A stretch of DNA of 64,000 nucleotides from Octopus vulgaris (Eukaryota). The translations under genes were made by a program, and so were the position numbers. The stretch covers positions 199,702,001 to 199,766,000 of the forward strand of contig OX597814.1 of the NCBI GenBank assembly GCA_951406725.2, read 5' to 3'. Below, in pieces: positions 37,321-51,707 of the stretch. The notes under the pieces are model-generated. The model searched no databases. It saw only the letters and a program-made list of their open reading frames with translations, and had not been told where the DNA came from. Within the stretch, counting starts at the first letter, position 1; the number at the start of each line of letters is the position of its first letter.

Positions 37321-39745
37321 AATATATTTTGAGGATCTGACCAAAGACTGCAATTAAAGAAAATTTTGCAAATATAACTTAATTGGAAGTATACAAAAAT
37401 AAACATTATTTGCCATCTTACTGTTAGTTCTATTTTATTTTGAAAAATAAAAATTGAATATATGGTTTATTATTGTTTATATTTTGAATTACACACACAG
37501 CATATATATATATATATAGATAGATAGATAGGCAGACAAAACTTACTTGGAAAAGGATGCGTGGTATTCGATCATATAATCATATAATAATATAAATAAT
37601 ATATAAATATATACATATATACATACCTACATTTATATGTATATATACACGCATATATGGGTACAGGACATCAAAAAAACATTGAACACAATGAGAAACG
37701 ACAATATATACGTATATATATACATATATATGTAGGTATGTACATATAAGTATGTATATATGCATATATTTATATTATTATTATTATTGCTATATATATA
37801 TATATATATATATATATAGGTACTTTTAAGTGGTTAAGGCCTCTATGGGTCTGAATCCAGCCCTGTGTTTATCCCATATACCTTTTTCTAAGAGTTGTAA
37901 TCCTGAAATTATTTCAGAGTAACTCAAAACTATTCTTATATTGGAATTAATTTTAATTATTGTATAACCATCAGTGTGAGTTATATAATGAACAAGAGGC
38001 CAACTGTCAGTACATATCTTTTCAAAATTCTAAACATGTTCAGGAAATGGAGCTAAAATATATTTCTTTTGGTTGTACAGAAAAATCAGCTTTTACTGTG
38101 AAAATATTAGAAATATCAATATTGACTATCATTTAATATTATGTCTGCATCTGTGTGAGTGTGTGTATCTATCTATATATCATTATCATCATTTTAACAT
38201 CTGCTTTTCTATGCTTCAATGGTCAGACAAAATTCCTTGGGGGAGATTTCTTATGACAGATGGTCTGTTTGTCATCAACCTTTGACTGTTTCCAAGCAAT
38301 GAAATGTTTAGTCTAGTCCTTCAAACATGACCGACTCAATGGCCAGCCATGATTTCTTAGAAGACCGCAAACAAATGGTGCCATTTCCATATGAATGGTA
38401 ACATTATTTGCAATCAGCTGCAATGTCAAGGCAAGAAGATACAAACATACACTGTTATGTATGTATGTATGTATGTATGTATGTATGTGTGTATGTGTGT
38501 GTGTGTGTACACACATTTATTCATGTATATACTGTTGTCTACACTCTGTGTGTGTGCGTGTGTGTGTGTGTGTGTAAGAGGTAGATAAACACAGGTTTGA
38601 GCCATATATTTACATGGAACACAAAATGTAGATTATAAAATAAAGAAAAAGTTGATGTAATGAAAAAATATTGCATAATATCTTAATTCGACAGCTGTTT
38701 CAGGAGGTCAAGCTTATGTAATAACCATATTGATAAGTGGTATCTTTCACTTTCATCTCTTGCTTGTTTCAGTCATTTGACTGTGTCCATGCTGGGGCAC
38801 TGCCTTGAAAAAATATTACATGGTATTGGTGGGATATGGGGGATATGGGCATTATGTCATAGGTGTGTAACAAGTGACAAGTCCAGATGAAATTAAGTGA
38901 ATTTTGGTCTCCATTTTCATGAAGAGAGGGACAAATGCATTTATTTGCCATTATTGAAACTGCTATTGAGATACCTATTTCTTTACTACCCACAAGGGGC
39001 TAAACACAGAGAGGACAAACAAGGACAGACAAACGGATTAAGTCGATTACATTGACCCCAGTGCGTAACTGGTACTTATTTAATCAACCCCAAAAAGATG
39101 AAATTGGGATACAACATGACAATGATTTTACCTGACATACAGATTTTCTTTATTATGTTATCTGTATTTTATGCTCCATGTAAATATTTCTCAAGCCTAC
39201 CTTGCTGTCTCCATAACAACTCGATTTGGATTGGTCTTATAGCCATTTATGTGCCATGGGCCTGACCCTGGCTGAGGAAGCTGGAATTTAAGTTCAAATT
39301 CATTTGAGTACTACTCTGCATTATCTATATATAAGCTTATACTGCTCTCACTCACTCACTTTCTGCCTCCCTCCACCCTCCTTCGCCCTTTCTGTGTGTG
39401 TGTGTGTGTGTATGTGTGTGAAGTCAATGCTTTAGTTGCTTGGGATGATAGCAAAAGATACTCATTCTTTCTACCTCACAGAGAAACTGAATCCCAAAAC
39501 AAGTGGTTGCGAAACAAACTTAAACTGTACTGTCGTGTCTACACCTTCCTTTCTCCCCACCTCTCTCTCTTTCTCTTTCTCACACACATACACACACACG
39601 CGTATGTCTACCATGACTTGAGTTTCAATAAAGCATATACTCTGCAACATGTATTAAGCATTTCTCTCTTTCCTTTGTGCAACACAATCTGTTACAATCT
39701 GTGCATATATATGTATATATATATATATATATATACATATCAATC

Positions 39746-40021
39746 ATATTATATTTTATTATATAGCGGGCATTACTATACATAAAAGCCACATGCTAGG
39801 AGGGACTCTAAAAGTCAAAACTACCAAAATAAATAAATACATATTATTGAATGAGAGGGAATGCAACTCTCAAAGCAAGCCTTTTACAAATTGAATTCTA
39901 TTTTTAAAATCGCATTCGATACTATGTGTTTATTTATTTTGGTAGTTTTGACTTTAAGAGTCCCTTCTAGTGTGTGGCATTTATGTATAGTAACGCACTC
40001 TATATAATATAAATAAATATA
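39746..40021. mobile_element. Foldback/MITE-like element with ~105 bp inverted arms
   Basis: 39746-39853 is the reverse complement of 39913-40021, with a ~60 bp spacer. Confidence 0.8.
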
Positions 40022-41159
40022 TTTAAGAGAAAAAATTGATGTTTTCTTTTCTCTTATGAGGTTTTTCATGCTAACTACTTGATAGATTCTTATAAAGATT
40101 CTATCCTATTTTTAAATTATATAAATATATATATAAGTAAAAAAGCTGTGTTAAATAATCATTTGATAAACCTTAAGAAAAGAAGGAACCAAACAAACTC
40201 AATATAATCTAGAAATTTGTCCTCTTTCTTTTATCCTGTTGCTCTATCATTTAGTTTAAAACTGCACTAAGTCATCCCCTCTCTATCTATAATGAAGTTC
40301 CTGTTCCTCCCCTTGTTATCGTTTATCTTAATATATAATTAGTGTCTTGTATTCTTTTCTTAATTTTGTTAGCTGTTCCCTTTCTTTATAAGGTCTAAAA
40401 CTGATACGAAATATATTCCTCAATTTTTTCTTGTATTTATACCAGGGTTTATCCTGTTTAACTCCAGCTATCTGCAAATTAATGCTTTCATTAGCTCCTC
40501 TTGTTTGCTGATAGCTGTAAAAATCTCTTCCACCAACAAACACAAGCACAAATAGATACAAACGATTTTTAATTTTATAAAATGTATGATTCCATTGAGA
40601 TCGACTTTGCTGTCCATCCTTCCAGGGTCAATAAAACAAATACCAGTTGAACACTGGGATTCTTGTAATCACCTTGAGCCAAAGTTTGAAATCAATGTCA
40701 TAAAATGTGTAAGGGCAGCAAGTTGGCAGAAACATTAGCATGCTAAATTGGAACCAGTTTAGCTACAGTTGGAATTATTTGGTTGTTGGGAAAGTGCCCT
40801 GTATAGCCATACAGGGGAGAGAGAAATATCAAAGGGCCAAATAACAGTATATAATACTTCATTCAGCCATTAAATTTATCAAATTTTCTTCTAAAATAAT
40901 TTTGGGGTTATAAGGAAACCATGCATAGTTTTCATGGTACTAAGGCGAAATTGGAACCAATTTAGCTGCAAATGGAATTATTTGGTTGTTGATCCAGCAC
41001 TGGATTAACTGTTGAGTAAATTAAGCATGTGTTTGGGGCATCAAGGAAAGGGAGAGCACTACAGAAATGGTAAATGGTTTATAGCACAAAAGAAATCACT
41101 TTAAATTTGCTAAAGTAATATTCAGGATGCAATATCTCCAAGTATAGAAGCAGATGTGT

Positions 41160-42025
41160 TAAGGCAAGCTGGCAGAAACGTTAGCACGCTGGGCAAAATT
41201 CTTAGTAGTATTTCATCTGCCACTACGTTCTGAGTTCAAATTCCGGCAAGGTCGACTTTGCCTTTCATCCTTTCAGGGTCGATAAATTAAGTACCAGCTG
41301 CATACTGGGGTCGATGTAATTGACTTAATTCCTTTGTCTGTTCTTGTTTGTTTCCTCTATGTTTAGCCCCTCGTGGGCAATAAAGAAAAAAGAAACATTA
41401 GCATGCTGAGTAAAATGCTTAACGGCATTTCATCCATCTTTATGTTCTGAGTTCAAATCTCACCAAGGTTGACATTGCCTTTCATCCTTTCGGGGTCAAT
41501 AAAATAAGAGCCAGCTGAACACTAGCACTGGGGTCGATGTAACTGACTAGCACCCTTCCCAGAAACTGCTGGCTTTGTGCCAAAATTAGAAACCAATAAA
41601 ACGTGTAGGTAGTGGCTGTGTGGTAAGTAGCTTGCTAACCAACCACATGGTTCTGGGTTCTGTCCCACTGCGTGGCACCTTGGGCAAGTGTCTTCTACTA
41701 TAGCCTCGGGCCGACCAAAGCCTTGTGAGTGGATTTGGTAGATGGAAACTGAAAGAAGCCCATCGTATATATGTGTATATATATATACATGTGTGTGTGT
41801 GTGTGTGTGTTTGTGTGTCTGTGTTTGTCTTCCTAGCATTGCTTGACAACCGATGCTGGTGTGTTTATGTCCCCGTCACTTAGCAGTTTGGCAAAAGAGA
41901 CCGATAAAATAAGTACTGGGCTTACAAAGAATAAGTCCCGGGGTCGAGTTGCTCGACTAAAGGTGGTGCTCCAGCATGGCCACAGTCAACTGACTGAAAC
42001 AAGTAAAAGGGTAAAGAGAGAGAGT
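41160..42025 (+). mobile_element. Family B SINEs followed by a family A SINE
   Basis: B cores at about 41160-41600; A copy at about 41608-42025. Confidence 0.85.
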
Positions 42026-42439
42026 GACAAAAATCATGTGTCAAATTAATTTTTTTGCTTCTGGTTCTGGTTCTGGTTTCCATCATAGAAGTGACAGTTA
42101 AAGGAGGTGCGAAAATGTTTAGAGAAGCATACAGGAAAAGAAAAGCAACTAATCAGTACTTTTGGCACAGATACCGTTAGTTTTCGAAAGCAATGATCCA
42201 TTTTCTTGCCAATTGATAAAACAAACATACATGTGTATGTGTGTCCGTCTATGTGTCTGTATCTTTTACTGATGTATATCAGCAAATCATGTGAAGAGCT
42301 GCAAGGAGGTGCTTTCTATATATATATATATATATTAGTGTGTATGGAATGCATGTGTGTTTACATTTATGCTCCATAAAATTTGCACTCTACAAGTACT
42401 GTTGTTACTTCTGCCAACAAATCTTATGCTTGCTTTGCA

Positions 42440-42700
42440 TCTTTGAGAATGATGTGGAATAAGAAACACATTGTTTGAAAAATATAACAGTTAGCAACAA
42501 AAATGGTTACCTGGCTATAGACAGTGTCTCCATAATATCTCTAATCTCTGCTAACAGATGAAAATTGATGCAAAAGGAATGAAGAAGTACATAACTACCC
42601 ACATGTGTCAAGGATGGCACGCATGAATGACGAAGCCACCTTGAGCATAATCCTATGAACCCAGAAAAATTTAAAACAGAGTTACTTACTGGCAAATAAA
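42440..42700 (+). pseudogene. Putative cadherin-repeat remnant
   Basis: NITVSNKNGYLAIDSVS-IISL (I..GN..GYF.ID..SG.I.L), KIDAKGMKKY, VKDGTHE/DEATLSIIL. Confidence 0.6.
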
Positions 42701-42977
42701 TGTGTTAGGATGTGACATTATTGGCCGAGGTTATCGTGGTCTTTTCCATAGGCTTTTCTTTCCATGGATAAACCTTATCTGTTTCCCCCTTTACACTTTA
42801 CATCATGACATTCCTGTGATACACAATCCCTATTGATCGTTTTTTTTGTTTTCTTTTTCCTTTTTTATGATCCCTTTTAATCAAAAACTTACCCTACTTT
42901 TTTTCCCTCTCCAAAAAGAAAAGCTCTACTTTGTAATGTGTCCCGTCTGTGTTTAGCCTTGTGTGGCTAATAAAGAA

Positions 42978-43008
<31 letters not shown>

Positions 43009-43049
43009 TCAGTGAGATAAATATTATTTAAAATACACAATATTTATGT

Positions 43050-43161
43050 TAGTTTCATGCTATGGAAACACAATAATTTGGTAGATTTATACAACAGGCC
43101 TTAGACACAAGGCATGCTGTATAAATCAGCTGAACTATCATGTTTCCATAGCATGAAACTA
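43050..43161. repeat. Imperfect ~110 bp hairpin / mini-MITE
   Basis: TAGTTTCATGCTATGGAAACA...TGTTTCCATAGCATGAAACTA, with inner complementarity. Confidence 0.8.
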
Positions 43162-44320
43162 TTAGTTGCTCTAACTTAAATACTGTGCATATTAAATTAT
43201 GTACAATCCTCGTTATTTTTTATAGGTACTATACTAGCATAGTTATATCCAGCTTTCAAACATAACCTGGTTGAATTTCCTTTGAATACTGAGTCGTTTA
43301 CTTCAAGTAAGAAAGAAATATGTATTAATTTAGTGTGGAGAAAGTTATAATGGTTGAATTTATGGCTTTGCTTAGGGTGTTATTGGCATAAACACAGAAC
43401 ATTCAGTCACATGTTTCATTCAGTAAGATCATAACTACTTTCCTACATCATTTATCACATTATATATAATGTCATTAAAGACAGGTTATTACCAGGTGAG
43501 ACTTGGCTGTGTGGTTAAGAAGTTCTCTTCAAAACCTTGAGGTTTCAGGTTCATGAGAGAATTGTCTTCTACTATAGTTCAACTATTGCTGATTGAAGCT
43601 TTGTGAGTGGATTTGGTAATTGGAAAATGAAAGAAACCTGTTATGTACATGTGTGTCTTCCTTTCTTGACCAGGTGATGGCTGTAAACAAATGTCAGCAT
43701 CAGACAAACAGTGTCATTTGTTTCTGATTGTCTGTGAAAATATGTCTGGCCATGAAAATATGTCTGAGGAAACATTAATTGCATGGAAAGAGGCAAGGGT
43801 TGGTGACAGGAAGGGCATTCAGCCTTAGAAAATTTTCCTCAACAAATTACTTTGACTCATGCACGCATAAAAAAAAATTGATGTTAAAATGCTACTGCTG
43901 ATGATGATGAAATATCAGAATATATACTTGTATACCGTTACATCTTTGCCAGCTGAGTGGACTGGAGCAACGTAAAATGAAGTGTTTTGCTCAAGAACAC
44001 AACGCATCGCCTGGTCCAGGAATCGAAACCACAATCTTACGATCATGGTGCTGACACCCTAACCACTAAGCCATGCACCTCCACACACACCCACATATAC
44101 ACATATACATATATATATATATATATACACACACATATATACATATATATATATATATACATATATTTTTTATAGTGGCATAGACCACTTTATGGGGTTA
44201 TCTTGGGTTTCTCACTTGTAAAGTGTATCTTCAGACGCTGAACACTACTGACCTGAGACCTCTTTAAAATAGTGTGCTTCTCTTCTGGATTTATGTATTT
44301 CTGAAAAAGATATATACATA

Positions 44321-44379
<59 letters not shown>

Positions 44380-44573
44380 CTAATTAGTGCAGATAAATCC
44401 AGCTCTCTCTGCACAAATTGCAGTTCTTTTTGCCTTTTAGTGGTGTATGAAATAAGAGCCAACTTGATTTATCATTAGGTTATTTATGTAATAAATTAGA
44501 CAGAATCTCATGATAAATGTGTAGGTAAATGCTTGTCTAAATCATCTGATACTATACTGAAGTCAAATCAAGG

Positions 44574-46732
44574 ATGTGGTTTTTGAAATCTGTGTGCTAT
44601 AATGTTTCGATGTCATTAGAAATACAAGTAGCTGTTTATGAACTTGATGTAACTATCAAGCAAATAAAATACTCACCAATTGTAAATGTAGTGCCCAGTT
44701 TCTGTTCTAGGAGAATACTATTTGGAGATCTTTTTGTCAATGTTATTCTTTGTGTGATAACATTTTTAATAATAATCATCACATTTATTAAATACAATAA
44801 ACAAGATTGTCAAATGTTTCACATAAGATAAATAAAGGAATAGGTAAACAGTTTAGAGAAATATATTTATCACAATAAATACTAATGTTGAAAATTATAT
44901 TCGCTTGAGATGAAATCAAGTTTACGAAAATAGTATCTAAAATATAAACAGCTATTTCTATAATCTCTCTCAAAGAAAAATATTACATTCATATGGGCTT
45001 TAAAAACATTTATCTGCATATGTGTTGGAAAAATGTTTTTCCTGTTTTAATATCAGACAAATTATTGATAATTTGAAACGCTATAGTAAAACAGAATCAT
45101 AAACTAAAAGCAATTTATTGTAACAGAGAATATTTGGGAAAAGTGCACGAAACATTTTGTGATTTATTATGCATAATATTAAGGATATTTTCAGTGTGTG
45201 TGCATGTGTGTGCACATATCAATAGACATATATTGTATGTTGTATTAGCTTACAAACAAAAAATTTTCTATTACAAACTAATTTTTAAAACACAAATAAT
45301 AACTACATTTTGTTAAAATCCTGTGACAATGAAAAAAATAATTTGAATTTTTTTTATTAGTGGTAGATATGAGAAAGTATATTACCTTGAAATAAAGAAT
45401 AACATAAAACCCCTTAAGGTGAATTTCTGCTTTAAAACAAATTCTTAGAGAATTAAGTTGCTGAAAATGATCAAAGTTCAAGTAAAAAATAAATCTTTTG
45501 TGCATTTTTAAGTCAGTAAAAGCTGTTTGTCTGAGAGTCAACCAAAGTGACAGGAACATTTGATGGAAGCTGGGTATATAGATTGATTGAACAATTACAA
45601 ATTTCTATTTTCTTTTAGATAGCGTTAGTTATATTTGGCTAAAAGACCGATTTGACCTGTGAAAAAAATTATCCTTGGTTAAATATTTCATGCAAAATAT
45701 TCAATTCTTGCAGAAATTTTATATTTTAATCATTTAGCTTTCATTACAAAATATGCAGGAGAATCAGATTTGAAACCCTATGAAGTTGTACATGACAAAC
45801 GCTCAAGTAATGGATAATAAGAGCAGCCACTGAACATTAAAAGCTTTGCCTGATTGGTGATATTGCAGTTTCCCACTGATTCAGAAAAAGGAAGCTTTTA
45901 TGGTGTTTATGAAAATGAAAATGTTCAAATCTATTTATCAAAAAAAGAAAAGGAAAATATTATTTGTGACTTTTGGAATATTCGACATGAATTCAATGTT
46001 TTGTGCCCATTGATATCTTCCTGTGTAAATTTCTGTCAGTTTTGATGTGCATATTAAATGCATTCTGTTGCAAAATTTTTGCATAAAATATCAACTGCCT
46101 GATATATTTCCAAGAAGCAAAGCAATATTTAAAATTAGATTATATGTTGTCAATGCATACACGCAGTTGAAGTTGTAGTACATCGGTAATATGTAAGTAT
46201 GCCACTTACATTGATATCTGCTTTGTTTACATCATTTGCTGCTCTACATTGCAATACATTTGCAGTAAATAGTAATAATGATAATATTGATAATGATGAT
46301 GATAATAATAATAATAATAAGAATAATAATAATAATAATAATAATAATGATGATAATGATAATAATAATAATGATGATGATAATAATAATGATGATAATG
46401 AAAATAATAATGATAATGAAAATAATAATGATAATGAAAATAATAATGATAATAATAATAATAATAATGATGGTAATAATAATAATGATAATAATAATAA
46501 TGGTAATAATGATGATGATGATGATAATAATAATGGTGATGATAATAATAATAATGATAATAATAATAATGGTGATGATAATAATAATGATAATAATAAT
46601 AATGGTGATGATAATAATAATGATGATAATGAAAATAATAATAATATTATTATATTATTATTGAAAATAATAATGATGATGATAATGAAAATAATAATGA
46701 TAATAATAATAATGATGATGATAATAATGATG

Positions 46733-46769
<37 letters not shown>

Positions 46770-47350
46770 GCAATTTATGCAATAAAGATTAGATTTTAAC
46801 AATACAAATAAATTTAATCAATAATATTTCTTGTATATTACAACACGTCAACTATATTTCAACAACATATTAACAAGATCTTACAGCATTAAGTGCACGG
46901 ATGCATTCACACTGTATAATTCGATTTCAAGAATGTCTCTGCTTCTCAAAAATATAACAGGCTGTTGATATTTTCTGTAAAAGTTTTGTAATGGAATGCA
47001 TTTGATATGCACAGCAAAGTAGATGCGGATTTACGCAAGCAGATAACAGAATGCACAAGCCATTGAATACAAGAAGCGTATTTCCTACAGATGCTGAGGA
47101 TGTGTTGCCTCCTTATCTGCAGCTAACCACAAACATATAAACCCGCAAACAAGCTGCTTGTAACCAAAGTGATTTATAAATTTGCTTGGAAACACAAATG
47201 TTGTAAACTACATGACTTTGATGTAAATAATATGCAAATGAAGTTCTCATTGGCTGTAAATGAAGAGCTCATTAAGTAGTTAGTGTAGAAGAATGATGTA
47301 TGTGGATCATTTGTCAATATTATTTGTGTAATTATACGTTTTTTCCAACA
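44574..47350 (+). pseudogene. Multi-repeat cadherin-like remnant interrupted by a trinucleotide tract
   Basis: SLEIQVAVYELDVTI; EQPLNIKSFA*LVILQFPTDSEKG; ITTRQLYFNNILTRSYSIKCTD; QITE/HKPLNTRSVFPTDAED; LETQ/HDFDV. Confidence 0.55.
46271..46770 (+). repeat. Compound (AAT/GAT/GGT/GAA)n microsatellite, ~500 bp
   Basis: Directly visible. It produces the spurious poly-N/D, poly-I/M and poly-L ORFs. Confidence 0.95.
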
Positions 47351-47950
47351 ATAATGGACACATTAGAAATGTTGGGATTAACCACAATAAATAAGTTGAT
47401 CTCGTGTTTCCCCTAAAAAGATAAAAACAAATAAACAGTTTTGAGAATTACATTTATCACAATAAAAACTAATACAGAAAATTTTATTTGCATGGGAAGA
47501 GATTAAGTTTGCGAAAATAGTATCTAAAATATAAACAACTGCTTCCATGATTTCTGTGAAAGAAAAATATTGCATTCGTACAGACTTGCAAAACATTGTA
47601 TGCATGTGTGTAGGGATGGGTTTGTTTTTTCTCTTCTACAATATCAGACAAATTATTGATAATTTAAAACACTACTGTAAATAAGATTATTTTGCAACCT
47701 GAAAGTGATCCATTATAAAAACGATAATTCAAAAAAAGTATATGAAACTTTTTGTGAGTCTCTATATAACAAAGGATATTTCCATTGTGTGTGTGTATGT
47801 GTGTACACACACATGTTTTATGTATGTATAATTACATATTGACCATTCATTCTACTCTAAGTTCAATATGCCTTTACAATAAGGGACAACTGCAACATAT
47901 TACACCATACAACTCAAAATAAAGTAACATAGGAACACGTTTATAGAATT

Positions 47951-48170
47951 TCATCATCATTGTTTAATGTCCGTTTTCCATGCTGTCATGGGTTGGATGG
48001 TTCAACTGCGGTCTGGGAAGCCAGGAAGCTGCACCAGGCTCCAGTCTGATCTGGCAATGTTTCTACAGCTGGATGCCCTTCCTAATGCCAACCACTCCAA
48101 GAGTGTAGTGGGTGCTTTTTTATGTGCCACTGGCACAGGGGCCAGAGGGGATGGCATCGACTCTGATCGG
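47951..48170 (-). mobile_element. Family C SINE-like element
   Basis: Core and tail match the other copies. Confidence 0.85.
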
Positions 48171-48553
48171 ATGTTGGATTAATCATTAATGATACATCAC
48201 AGTACTAAAATAAATACAGACAACATACCCTCACAAGTTAAAGGAGCACAAGACTTATGGTGTATAAATCTAACAGTCGTATTCCAATCATGGTTGTAAA
48301 ACTGTACACAAATCACATTCACCTGAGTATGAAAGAGGCAGTTATTACATTGATAGCATTCCACATCCTGACAATCAGGCTGAGAAAGTCTAGAAACACT
48401 GATGAAGGGTTTATTGTTCCAAACTAATTACAAAGGACTCCTGCAAAAATATGAAAACAAAAACATAGAAGCTAATTAAAAAAATTAAACTAGAAAGCAT
48501 ACTTTTCAATACGACTTGACTACAACAAATGTTTTCTTTCTCTCCCTCCTACT

Positions 48554-48557
<4 letters not shown>

Positions 48558-48595
<38 letters not shown>

Positions 48596-48968
48596 ACTCA
48601 CTCACTCACTCACTCACTCACTCACTCACTCACTCACTCACTCACTCACTCACTCACTCACTCACTCACTCACTCACTCACTCACTCACTCACTCACTCA
48701 CTCACTCACTCACTCACTCACTCACTCACTCACTCACTCACTCACTCACTCACTCACTCACATACATACATACATACATACATACATACATACATACATA
48801 CATACATACATACATACATACATACATACATACATACATACATACATACATACATACATACATACATACATACATACATACATACATACATACATACATA
48901 CATACATACATACATACATACATACATACATACATACATACATACATACATACATACATACATACATA
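48558..48968 (+). repeat. Compound microsatellite (CT)n-(CACT)n-(CATA)n
   Basis: Directly visible, near-perfect tracts. Confidence 0.95.
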
Positions 48969-50197
48969 CTTTCTCTCTCTCACTCTCACACTCACACACA
49001 CACACTATATTATATTGCTGTTTGTCTTGCAAGATTCTGATGTGAAACTGTGGAATAAATATTGCTGTTGTACCAGTAAAAATAATAAACTGATAGTAAA
49101 GAAGTCCATTACTATTAATTGAACTGTCATCGCCTTTCTTTACATGTCTGTAAACTTTGCGGTGAGTTCCCTGTAGATGTTGACTTTTTTATTTTTATAG
49201 CATTTGCTTTTTGTCGGTTTGTATGTAATGTAATGTGCAAATAAAGACTAAACACCAAAAAAAAATAATAACTAAAAAATAAGAAAAAAAGTGAATAAAA
49301 TGAACAACTGCAAAGAAATTATTAAAAAGGCTACAGACGTGTAAGGAAAGACTTTGACAGAACAATCTACAACAAAGAAGCGAATTTCAATGAATGTGTG
49401 TGTTTTGTCAAGACTGCTCTACCAAAATACTGCAATACACACACACACACACACACACACACATATTTAATTCTGATTTACTCTCATCCATCATTTATAT
49501 TCTTGTGTAATGGTAGGAGTTTCCAGTGAATTCTATTTCCATGCTCATTCCTATGGTGATGGCTGAAACCAAATCCTAACAGATGGAACTCTAGCCTCTT
49601 ATTTACTAATAAACTGTGTCCGTGTCTCATCACTTGTTCCTGCTTTTTTCCACCCAAACAAATATGTTATTTCTTAACTTGTGATTTTCTTCCTCATTTG
49701 GTATTATATTAAATAGTGCATTATTTGGTCAAACCATACCTATTTCTTTACTACCCACAAAGGGCTAAACACAGAGAGGACAAACAAGGACAGACAAATG
49801 GATTAAGTCGATTATATCGACCCCAGTGTGTAACTGGTACTTATTTAATCGACCCCGAAAGGATGAAAGGCAAAGTCAACCTCGGCGGAATTTGAACTCA
49901 GAACATAGCAGCAGCCAAAATACCGCTAAGCATTTCGCCCGGCGTGCTAACGTTTCTGTAAGCTCCCACCGCCATACCATACTAGTTAACAATTGTATTT
50001 TTCGCGGAAAGCATTCAAATTTAGTAGCTGTTCCAAAATGTTCCACACACACAAGTAAACAAATGGATGAAAAACAAGGTGAAAAAATAGGACTTGAATG
50101 CCAAAGGTTGAGTAATATACCATCCATTAAAGCCAAAAAAGTCTGCTAAATCTGTAACTCAGAGTTTCACATGACTGTTTGTCAGACAGTTGCAATA

Positions 50198-51058
50198 TAT
50201 TGGGCCATTCCAATAATGTGGCTTTTTTTTATACCTCTTTATTTTTTCAAAATTAAGATAAACAAAGTTCTTTTTTAAGTTAAAATATAATCTCTTTCAT
50301 TTTCTACAAAGCTCTTCCATCTGTCTGGTAGACTTGCAAGGCCCCACTTCCAAAATTCACTTGTCTGTGATGACAAATACTCCTCCAGTACTGTTCTGAC
50401 TTCGTCTACAAAATTCATAATTTTTCTGTCCAAATGATTTTGAAGACTGCAGAATAAATGTCTCTATTCAGTCCGAAGAAGGTTCATTTGTGAGACTTGA
50501 GAGCAAAGAAGATCACACATTAATTTTCTGCATGTGATTAGACTCGAAAAGTTTGTGAGGAACCCATTGACCCAATTTGCTGACTTTTCTGGTGGTACAC
50601 AGGTACCGATGAATGGTTGAATGACCAAATCCAAGCTTCTCTGCTAGTTCTTCAACACTTACGATATGATTTTGTTCCAAGGTTTGCAGGACATCCTCGT
50701 CGAGCTCTACAGATCTTCAAGGATGAGGCTCATCTTCTAGGCTGTACCTTCTGACTCGGAATTTCTGGAACCACTGTTGACACTGGCTTACACTTATTGT
50801 CTGATTCCCATATACTGCATTAATATTTCTTGCACTTTCCATTGCGTTGCTGCCTTTATTGAACTCGTAAAGCTCCTCTATCACTTCCATTATAGCTTTG
50901 AAAAAAATAACAGTTAAAATCAAACTGCACTCTTCAAACCTTGCACTAAGAATAAGGACAAGATAAAATTACTACCTGCAAGTAGTTTATCCTGTCCCCC
51001 TCTGACTTTTAGTTCATGCAATTAAAAAAAAACACATTATTTATGGGATGACCCAATG
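50198..51058 (-). mobile_element. Internally deleted mariner element with both TIRs
   Basis: TIRs TATTGGG(C/T)CAT.CC...ATAATG at both ends. Translation LYEFNKGSNAMESARNINAVYG...QWFQKFR...SLEDEPHP plus C-terminal remnants. Confidence 0.85.
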
Positions 51059-51480
51059 TGTGTATGTGTAGGTGTGGAAGTGTGTGTGGGTGTATTTTAG
51101 AACTTCTCTTTCAATAAGCCTTATTGTCATTTCTGTTCTAATCTGATAGGAAAATAATTTATACATATAGGTACCATTTAGATATATACGTGCATTTAGT
51201 TTATACAAATGATTGCTACTTTGGCCGTGCAAGGTTAAAGCATTCATAACATAAATACAGTTGAGCTCTCTTCTGTCAAGAACAATTGAAATACCTCCAG
51301 GATAAGTAATAATTGTTTCTCTTGGCAGGTGTAAAAATAATCATTGTACATTTATCTATGAGGATAATGAAGTTTATTGTCATCTAAAAGTCGATAAATT
51401 TCTGTCATGTTTCATTCACAACTGTATTTTATTTCGCTGTCATAAAATGGGAATGTTTAAATTTTCTAAGCGCTCAGTAT

Positions 51481-51656
51481 AGGCGCAGTAGTGGCTGGGT
51501 GGTAAGTTGCTTGCTTACCAACTACATGATTCTGGGTTCAGTCCCACTGTATGGCACCTTGTGCAGGTGTCTTCTACTATAGCCTCAGGCCAACCAAAGC
51601 CTTGTGAATGGATTTGGTAGATGGAAACTGAAAGAAGCCCGTCATATATATATGCA

Positions 51657-51707
<51 letters not shown>

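Noticed and set aside
44574-44831. Toll-like receptor LRR-CT plus TM interpretation
   Set aside because: No LRR repeats upstream and no TIR domain downstream.
48516-49122. Long ORFs (SLTH/YIHT/VCMY repeats)
   Set aside because: They are translations of tetranucleotide microsatellites.
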